Positions 52,301-61,950 of a DNA stretch of 64,000 nt are shown piece by piece. The stretch comes from Eledone cirrhosa (lineage: Eukaryota). A model generated the notes under the pieces. The model saw only the letters and a program-made list of their open reading frames with translations. It ran no database searches and was not told where the DNA came from. A program made the position numbers and the translations under genes. The stretch is from assembly GCA_964016885.1 (NCBI GenBank), contig CAXHJY010000105.1, positions 124,001 through 188,000 of the forward strand, given 5' to 3'. Numbering within the stretch: position 1 is the stretch's first letter; every line of letters starts with the position of its first letter.

Positions 52301-55300
52301 TTAGGTTCACTGGTGTGTGTCTGTGTGTGGTGTGTATATAGTTAGGTTCACTGGTGTGTGTCTGTGTGTGGTGTGTATATAGTTAAGTTCACTGGTGTGT
52401 GTCTGTGTGTGGTGTGTATATAGTTAGGTTCACTGGTGTGTGTCTGTGTGTGGTGTATAGATAGTTAGGTTCACTTGTGTGTGTCTGTGTGTGGTGTGTA
52501 GATAGTTAGGTTCATTGCTGTGTGTCTGTGTGGTGTGTATATAGTTAGGTTCACTGGTGTGTGTGTGGTGTGCATATAGTTAGGTTCACTGGTGTGTGTC
52601 TGTGTGTGGTGTATATATAGTTAGGTTCACTGGTGTGTGTCTGTGTGTGGTGTGTATATAGTTAGGTTCACTGGTGTGTGTCTGTGTGGTGTGTATATAG
52701 ATAGGTTCACTGGTGTGTGTCTGTGTGTTGTGTGTAGATAGATAGGTTCACTGGTGTGTGTCTGTGTGTGGTGTGTATATAGTTAGGTTCACTGGTGTGT
52801 GTGGTGTGTATATAGTTAGGTTCACTGGTGTGTGTCTGTGTGTGGTGTGTATATAGTTAGGTTCACTGGTGTGTGTCTGTGTGTGGTGTGTATATAGTTA
52901 GGTTCACTGGTGTGTGTCTGTGTGTGGTGTGTATGTAGTTAGGTTCACTGGTGTGTGTCTGTGTGTGGTGTGTATATAGTTAGGTTCACTGGTGTGTGTG
53001 TGTGGTGTGCATATAGTTAGGTTCACTGGTGTGTGTCTGTGTGTGGTGTGTAGATAGTTAGGTTCACTGGTGTGTGTCTGTGTGTGGTGTGTAGATAGTT
53101 AGGTTCACTGGTGTGTGTGTGGTGTGTATATAGTTAGGTTCACTGATGTGTGTCTGTGTGTGGTGTGTAGATAGTTAGGTTCACTGGTATGTGTCTGTGT
53201 GTGGTGTGTAGATAGTTAGGTTCACTGGTGTGTGTCTGTGTGTGGTGTGTATATAGTTAGGTTCACTGGTGTGTGTGTGGTGTGTATATAGTTAGGTTCA
53301 CTGGTGTGTGTCTGTGTGTGGTGTGTATATAGTTAGGTTCACTGGTATGTGTCTGTGTGTGGTGTGTATATAGTTAGGTTCACTGGTGTGTGTCTGTGTG
53401 TGGTGTGTATATAGTTAGGTTCACTGATGTGTCTCTGTGTGTGGTGTGTATATAGTTAGGGTCACTGGTGTGTGTCTGTGTGTGGTGTGTATATAGTTAG
53501 GTTCACTGGTGTGTGTGTGACGTGTGTATATAGTTAGGTTCACTGGTGTGTGGTGTGTATATAGTTAGGTTCACTGGTGTGTGTGTGGTGTGTATTTAAT
53601 TAGGTTCATTGGTATGTGTCTGTGTGTGGTGTGTATATAGTTAGGTTCACTGGTCAGTGTGTGGTGTGTATATAGTGAGGTTCACTGGTGTGTGGTGTGT
53701 AGATAGTTAGGTTCACTGGTGTGTGTCTGTGTGTGGTGTGTATATAGTTAGGTTCACTGGTCAGTGTGTGGTGTGTATATAGTGAGGTTCACTGGTGTGT
53801 GGTGTGTAGATAGTTAGGTTCACTGGTGTGTGTCTGTGTGTGGTGTGTGTATAGTTAGGTTCACTGGTGTGCTTCTGTGTGTGGTGTGTATATAGTTAGG
53901 GTCACTGGTGTGTGTCTGTGTGGTGTGTATATAGTTAGGTTCACTGGTGTGTGTCTGTGTGTGGTGTGTATATAGTTAGGTTCACTGGTGTGTGTCTGTG
54001 TGTGGTGTGTATATAGTTAGGTTCACTGGTGTGTGTCTGTGTGTGGTGTGTATATAGTTAGGTTCACTGGTGTGTGTCTGTGTGGTGTGTATATAGTTAG
54101 GTTCACTGGTGTGTGTGTGGTGTGTATATAGTTAGGTTCACTGGTGTGTGTCTGTGTGTGGTGTGTATATAGTTAGGTTCACTGGTGTGTGTCTGTGTGT
54201 GGTGTGTATATAGTTAGGTTCACTGGTGTGTGTCTGTGTGTGGTGTGTATATAGTTAGGTTCACTGGTGTGTGTCTGTGTGGTGTGTATATAGATAGGTT
54301 CACTGGTGTGTGTCTGTGTGTGGTGTGTAGATAGTTAGGTTCACTGGTGTGTGTCTGTGTGGTGTGTATATAGTTAGGTTCACTGGTGTGTGTCTGTGTG
54401 TGGTGTGTATATAGTTAGGTTCACTGGTGTGTGTCTGTGTGTGGTGTATATAAAGTTAGGTTCACTGGTGTGTGTCTGCGTGTGGTGTGTATATAGTTAG
54501 GTTCACTGGTGTGTGTCTGTGTGTGGTGTGTATATAGTTAGGTTCACTGGTGTGTGTCTGTGTGTGGTGTGTATATAGTTAGGTTCACTGGTGTCTGTCT
54601 GTGTGTGGTGTGTATATAGTTAGGTTCACTGGTGTCTGTCTGTGTGTGGTGTGTATATTGTTAGGTTCACTGGTGTGTGTGTGTGGTGTGTATATAGTTA
54701 GGTTCACTGGTGTGTGTCTGTGTGTGGTGTGTAGATAGTTAGGTTCAATGGTGTGTGTCTGTGTGTGGTGTGTATATAGTTAGGTTCACTGCTGTGTGTC
54801 TGTGTGTGGTGTGTAGATAGTTAGGTTCACTGGTGTGTGTCTGTGTGTGGTGTGTATATAGTTAGGTTCACTGGTGTGTGTGTGGTGTGTATATAGTTAG
54901 GTTCACTGATGTGTGTCTGTGTGTGGTGTGTAGATAGTTAGGTTCACTGGTGTGTGTCTGTGTGTGGTGTGTATATAGTTAGGTTCACTGGTGTGTGTGT
55001 GGTGTGTATATAGTTAGGTTCACTGGTGTGTCTCTGTGTGTGGTGTGTATATAGTTAGGTTCACTGGTGTGTGTGTGGTGTGTATATAGTGAGGTTCACT
55101 GGTGTGTGGTGTGTAGATAGTTAGGTTCACTGGTGTGTGTCTGTGTGTGGTGTGTATATAGTTAGGTTCACTGGTGTGTGTCTGTGTGTGGTGTGTATAT
55201 AGTTAGGTTCATTGGTGTGTCTCTGTGTGTGGTGTGTATATAGTTAGGTTCACTGGTGTGTGTCTGTGTGGTGTGTGGATAGTTAGGTTCACTGGTGTGT

Positions 55301-57047
55301 GTCTGTGTGGTGTGTAGATAGTTAGGTTCACTGGTGTGTGTCTGTGTGGTGTGCAGATAGTTAGGTTCACTGGTGTGTGTCTGTGTCGTGTGTAGATAGT
55401 TAGGTTCACTGGTGTATGTCTGTGTGGTGTGTAGATAGTTAGGCTCACTGGTGTGTGTCTGTGTGTGGTGTGTATATAGTTACGTTCACTGGTGTGTGTC
55501 TGTGTGGTGTGTATATAGTTAGGTTCACTGGTGTGTGTCTGTGTGTGGTGTGTATATAGTTAGGTTCACTGGTGTGTGTCTGGGTGTGGTGTGTATATAG
55601 TTAAGTTCACTGGTGTGTGTCTGTGTGTGGTGTGTAGATAGTTAGGTTCACTGGTGTGTGTCTGTGTGTGGTGTGTATATAGTTAAGTTCACTGGTGTGT
55701 GTCTGTGTGTGGTGTGTATATAGTTAGGTTCACTGGTGTGTGTGTGGTGTGCATATAGTTAGGTTCACTGGTGTGTGTCTGTGTGTGGTGTGTATATAGT
55801 TAGGTTCACTGGTGTGTGTCTGTGTGTGGTGTGTATATAGTTAGGTTCACTGGTGTGTGTCTGTGTGTGGTGTGTATATAGTTAGGTTCACTGGTGTGTG
55901 TCTGTGTGTGGTGTGTATATAGTTAGGTTCACTGATGTGTGTCTGTGTGTGGTATATAGATAGTTAGGTTCACTGGTGTGTGTCTGTGTGTGGTGTGTAG
56001 ATAGTTAGGTTCACTGGTGTGTGTCTGTGTGGTGTGTATATAGTTAGGTTCACTGGTGTGTGTGTGGTGTGCATATAGTTATGTTCACTGGTGTGTGTCT
56101 GTGTGTGGTGTGTATATAGTTAGGTTCACTGGTGTGTGTCTGTGTGTGGTGTGTATATAGTTAGGTTCACTGGTGTGTGTCTGTGTGTGGTGTGTATATA
56201 GTTAGGTTCACTGGTGTGTGTCTGTGTGGTGTGTATATAGATAGGTTCACTGGTGTGTGTCTGTGTGTGGTGTGTAGATAGTTAGGTTCACTGGTGTGTG
56301 TCTGTGTGGTGTGTATATAGTTAGGTTCACTTGTGTGTGTCTGTGTGTGGTGTGTAGATAGTTAGGTTCACTGGTGTGTGTCTGTGTGTGGTGTGTATAT
56401 AGTTAGGTTCACTAGTGTGTGTCTGTGTGTGGTATGTATATAGTTAGGTTCACTGGTGTGTGTCTGTGTGTGGTGTGTATATAGTTAGGTTCACTGGTGT
56501 GTGTCTGTGTGTGGTGTGTATATAGTTAGGTTCACTGGTGTGTGTCTGTGTGTGGTGTGTACGTAGTTAGGTTCACTGGTGTGTGTCTGTGTGTGGTGTG
56601 TATATAGTTAGGTTCACTGGTGTGTGTCTGTGTGTGGTGTGTAGATAGTTAGGTTCACTGGTGTGTGTCTGTGTGTGGTGTGTATATAGTTAGGTTCACT
56701 GGTGTGTGTGTGGTGTGTATATAGCTAGGTTCACTGGTGTGTGTCTGTGTGTGGTGTGTATATAGTTAGGTTCACTGGTGTGTGTCTGTGTGGTGTGTAT
56801 ATAGTTAGGTTCACTGGTGTGTGTCTGTGTGTGGTGTGTATATAGTTAGGTTCACTGGTGTGTGTCTGTGTGGTGTGTATATAGTTAGGTTCACTGGTGT
56901 GTGTGTGGTGTGTATATAGTTAGGGTCACTGGTGTGTGTCTGTGTGTGGTGTGTATATAGTTAGGTTCACTGGTGTGTGTCTGTGTGTGGTGTGTAGATA
57001 GTTAGGTTCTCTGGTGTGTCTGTGTGTGGTGTGTATATAGTTAGGTT
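40213..57047 (+). repeat. Large tandem duplication: 40213-48786 (8574 bp) followed by 48787-57047 (8261 bp)
   Basis: Offset 8574 at 40213/48787, 40430/49004 and 40925/49499. Offset 8294 at 43534/51828. Offset 8261 at 45260/53521, 47126/55387, 48301/56562, 48748/57009 and ORFs 46948/55209. Confidence 0.88.
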
Positions 57048-60000
57048 CACTGGTGTGTGTCTGTGTGTGGTGTGTAGATAGTTAGGTTCACTGGTGTGTG
57101 TGTGTGTGTGGTGTGTAGCTAGTTAGGTTCACTGGTGTGTGTCTGTGTGTGGTGTGTATATAGTTAGGTTCACTGGTGTGTGTGTGTGGTGTGTATATAG
57201 TTAGGTTCACTGGTGTGTGTCTGTGTGTGGTGTGTATATAGTTAGGTTCACTGGTGTGTGTCTGTGGTGTGTAGATAGTTAGGTTCACTGGTGTGTGTCT
57301 GTGTGTGGTGTGTAGATAGTTAGGTTCACTGGTGTGTGTCTGTGTGGTGTGTATATAGTTAGGTTCACTGGTGTGTGTGTGGTGTGCATATAGTTAGGTT
57401 CACTGGTGTGTGTCTGTGTATGGTGTGTATATAGTTAGGTTCACTGGTGTGTGTCTGTGTGTGGTCTGTATATAGTTAGGTTCACTGGTGTGTGTCTGTG
57501 TGTGGTGTATAGATAGTTAGGTTCACTGGTGTGTGTCTGTGTGTGGTGTGTAGATAGTTAGGTTCACTGGTGTGTGTCTGTGTGGTGTGTATATAGTTAG
57601 GTACACTGGTGTGTGTGTGGTGTGCATATAGTTAGGTTCACTGGTGTGTGTCTGTGTGTGGTGTGTATATAGTTAGGTTCACTGGTGTGTGTCTGTGTGT
57701 GGTGTGTATATAGTTAGGTTCACTGGTGTGTGTCTGTGTGTGGTGTGTATATAGTTAGGTTCACTGGTGTGTGTCTGTGTGTGGTGTGTATATAGTTAGG
57801 TTCACTGGTGTGTGTCTGTGTGTGGTGTATAGTTAGTTAGGTTCACTGGTGTGTGTCTGTGTGTGGTGTGTAGATAGTTAGGTTCACTGGTGTGTGTCTG
57901 TGTGTGGTGTGTATATAGTTAGGTTCACTGGTGTGCCTCTGTGTGTGGTGTGTATATAGTTAGGGTCACTGGTGTGTGTCTGTGTGGTGTGTAGATAGTT
58001 AGGTTCACTGGTGTGTGTCTGTGTGTGGTGTGTATATAGTTAGGTTCACTGGTGTGTGTCTGTGTGTGGTGTGTATATAGTTAGGTTCACTGGTGTGTGT
58101 CTGTGTGTGGTGTGTATATAGTTAGGTTCACTGGTGTGTGTCTGTGTGGTGTGTATATAGTTAGGTTCACTGGTGTGTGTGTGGTGTGTATATAGTTAGG
58201 TTCACTGGTGTGTGTCTGTGTGTGGTGTGTATATAGTTAGGTTCACTGGTGTGTGTCTGTGTGTGGTGTGTATATAGTTAGGTTCACTGGTGTGTGTCTG
58301 TGTGTGGTGTGTATATAGTTAGGTTCACTGGTGTGTGTCTGTGTGGTATGTATATAGATAGGTTCACTGGTGTGTGTCTGTGTGTGGTGTGTAGATAGTT
58401 AGGTTCACTGGTGTGTGTCTGTGTGGTGTGTATATAGTTAGGTTCACTGGTGTGTGTCTGTGTGTGGTGTGTATATAGTTAGGTTCACTGGTGTGTGTCT
58501 GTGTGTGGTGTATATATAGTTAGGTTCACTGGTGTGTGTCTGCGTGTGGTGTGTATATAGTTAGGTTCACTGGTGTGTGTCTGTGTGTGGTGTGTATATA
58601 GTTAGGTTCACTGGTGTGTGTCTGTGTGTGGTGTGTATATAGTTAGGTTCACTGGTGTCTGTCTGTGTGTGGTGTGTATATAGTTAGGTTCACTGGTGTC
58701 TGTCTGTGTGTGGTGTGTATATTGTTAGGTTCACTGGTGTGTGTGTGTGGTGTGTATATAGTTAGGTTCACTGGTGTGTGTCTGTGTGTGGTGTGTAGAT
58801 AGTTAGGTTCAATGGTGTGTGTCTGTGTGTGGTGTGTATATAGTTAGGTTCACTGCTGTGTGTCTGTGTGTGGTGTGTAGATAGTTAGGTTCACTGGTGT
58901 GTGTCTGTGTGTGGTGTGTATATAGTTAGGTTCACTGGTGTGTGTGTGGTGTGTATATAGTTAGGTTCTCTGATGTGTGTCTGTGTGTGGTGTGTAGATA
59001 GTTAGGTTCACTGGTGTGTGTCTGTGTGTGGTGTGTATATAGTTAGGTTCACTGGTGTGTGTGTGGTGTGTATATAGTTAGGTTCACTGGTGTGTCTCTG
59101 TGTGTGGTGTGTATATAGTTAGGTTCACTGGTGTGTGTGTGGTGTGTATATAGTGAGGTTCACTGGTGTGTGGTGTGTAGATAGTTAGGTTCACTGGTGT
59201 GTGTCTGTGTGTGGTGTGTATATAGTTAGGTTCACTGGTGTGTGTCTGTGTGTGGTGTGTATATAGTTAGGTTCATTGGTGTGTCTCTGTGTGTGGTGTG
59301 TATATAGTTAGGTTCACTGGTGTGTGTCTGTGTGGTGTGTGGATAGTTAGATTCACTGGTGTGTGTCTGTGTGTGGTGTGTAGATAGTTAGGTTCACTGG
59401 TGTGTGTCTGTGTGGTGTGTAGATAGTTAGGTTCACTGGTGTGTGTCTGTGTGGTGTGTAGATAGTTAGGTTCACTGGTGTGTGTCTGTGTGGTGTGTAG
59501 ATAGTTAGGCTCACTGGTGTGTGTCTGTGTGTGGTGTGTATATAGTTAGGTTCACTGGTGTGTGTGTGTGTGGTGTGTATATAGTTAGGTTCACTGGTGT
59601 GTGTCTGTGTGTGGTGTGTATATAGTTAGGTTCACTGGTGTGTGTCTGGGTGTGGTGTGTATATAGTTAAGTTCACTGGTGTGTGTCTGTGTGTGGTGTG
59701 TAGATAGTTAGGTTCACTGGTGTGTGTCTGTGTGTGGTGTGTATATAGTTAAGTTCACTGGTGTGTGTCTGTGTGTGGTGTGTATATAGTTAGGTTCACT
59801 GGTGTGTGTGTGGTGTGCATATAGTTAGGTTCACTGGTGTGTGTCTGTGTGTGGTGTGTATATAGTTAGGTTCACTGGTGTGTGTCTGTGTGTGGTGTGT
59901 ATATAGTTAGGTTCACTGGTGTGTGTCTGTGTGTGGTGTGTATATAGTTAGGTTCACTGGTGTGTGTCTGTGTGTGGTGTGTATATAGTTAGGTTCACTG

Positions 60001-61950
60001 ATGTGTGTCTGTGTGTGGTGTATAGATAGTTAGGTTCACTGGTGTGTGTCTGTGTGTGGTGTGTAGATAGTTAGGTTCACTGGTGTGTGTCTGTGTGGTG
60101 TGTATATAGTTAGGTTCACTGGTGTGTGTGTGGTGTGCATATAGTTATGTTCACTGGTGTGTGTCTGTGTGTGGTGTGTATATAGTTAGGTTCACTGGTG
60201 TGTGTCTGTGTGTGGTGTGTATATAGTTAGGTTCACTGGTGTGTGTCTGTGTGTGGTGTGTATATAGTTAGGTTCACTGGTGTGTGTCTGTGTGGTGTGT
60301 ATATAGATAGGTTCACTGGTGTGTGTCTGTGTGTGGTGTGTAGATATTTAGGTTCACTGGTGTGTGTCTGTGTGGTGTGTATATAGTTAGGTTCACTTGT
60401 GTGTGTCTGTGTGTGGTGTGTAGATAGTTAGGTTCACTGGTGTGTGTCTGTGTGTGGTGTGTATATAGTTAGGTTCACTGGTGTGTGTCTGTGTGTGGTG
60501 TGTATATAGTTAGGTTCACTGGTGTGTGTCTGTGTGTGGTGTGTATATAGTGAGGTTCACTGGTGTGTGTCTGTGTGTGGTGTGTATATAGTTAGGTTCA
60601 CTGGTGTGTGTCTGTGTGTGGTGTGTATGTAGTTAGGTTCACTGGTGTGTGTCTGTGTGTGGTGTGTATATAGTTAGGTTCACTGGTGTGTGTCTGTGTG
60701 TGGTGTGTAGATAGTTAGGTTCACTGGTGTGTGTCTGTGTGTGGTGTGTATATAGTTAGGTTCACTGGTGTGTGTGTGGTGTGTATATAGCTAGGTTCAC
60801 TGGTGTGTGTCTGTGTGTGGTGTGTATATAGTAAGGTTCACTGGTGTGTGTCTGTGTGGTGTGTATATAGTTAGGTTCACTGGTGTGTGTCTGTGTGTGG
60901 TGTGTATATAGTTAGGTTCACTGGTGTGTGTCTGTGTGGTGTGTATATAGTTAGGTTCACTGGTGTGTGTGTGGTCTGTATATAGTTAGGGTCACTGGTG
61001 TGTGTCTGTGTGTGGTGTGTATATAGTTAGGTTCACTGGTGTGTGTCTGTGTGTGGTGTGTAGATAGTTAGGTTCTCTGGTGTGTCTGTGTGTGGTGTGT
61101 ATATAGTTAGGTTCACTGGTGTGTGTCTGTGTGTGGTGTGTAGATAGTTAGGTTCACTGGTGTGTGTGTGTGTGTGGTGTGTAGCTAGTTAGGTTCACTG
61201 GTGTGTGTCTGTGTGTGGTGTGTATATAGTTACGTTCACTGGTGTGTGTGTGTGGTGTGTATATAGTTAGGTTCACTGGTGTGTGTCTGTGTGTGGTGTG
61301 TATATAGTTAGGTTCACTGGTGTGTGTCTGTGGTGTGTAGATAGTTAGGTTCACTGGTGTGTGTCTGTGTGTGGTGTGTAGATAGTTAGGTTCACTGGTG
61401 TGTGTCTGTGTGGTGTGTATATAGTTAGGTTCACTGGTGTGTGTGTGGTGTGCATATAGTTAGGTTCACTGGTGTGTGTCTGTGTATGGTGTGTATATAG
61501 TTAGGTTCACTGGTGTGTGTCTGTGTGTGGTGTGTATATAGTTAGGTTCACTGGTGTGTGTCTGTGTGTGGTGTATAGATAGTTAGGTTCACTGGTGTGT
61601 GTCTGTGTGTGGTGTGTAGATAGTTAGGTTCACTGGTGTGTGTCTGTGTGGTGTGTATATAGTTAGGTACACTGGTGTGTGTGTGGTGTGCATATAGTTA
61701 GGTTCACTGGTGTGTGTCTGTGTGTGGTGTGTATATAGTTAGGTTCACTGGTGTGTGTCTGTGTGTGGTGTGTATATAGTTAGGTTCACTGGTGTGTGTC
61801 TGTGTGTGGTGTGTATATAGTTAGGTTCACTGGTGTGTGTCTGTGTGTGGTGTGTATATAGTTAGGTTCACTGGTGTGTGTCTGTGTGTGGTGTATAGTT
61901 AGTTAGGTTCACTGGTGTGTGTCTGTGTGTGGTGTGTAGATAGTTAGGTT
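53870..61950 (+). repeat. More diverged tandem duplication of about 4065 bp
   Basis: Offset 4064 at GTGC(T/C)TCT 53872/57936, CTGCG 54479/58543 and CATTGG 55210/59274. Offset 4066 after a 39-mer vs 41-mer pair (55290/59354): GGTACAC 57603/61669 and ORFs 57088/61154. Several substitutions separate the two copies. Confidence 0.85.

Noticed and set aside
31330-53525. TGACGTG (CRE/G-box-like) variant in six monomers
   Set aside because: All six share the same flanking context and are explained by one mutation spread by duplication. There is no evidence of regulatory function.
3253-61354. Sixteen minus-strand ORFs (66-92 aa) encoding Thr/His/Pro-rich repeats (TSEPNYIHTTQTH, TPVNLTIYTPHRH)
   Set aside because: They are translations of the satellite. 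The 'M' is a GTG from the reverse complement of CAC. The 39-mers keep frame, while other lengths rotate it into the stop-containing frame. The dominant 41-mer is not a multiple of 3, so there is no sign of selection for coding, and identical peptides simply mark DNA duplications.
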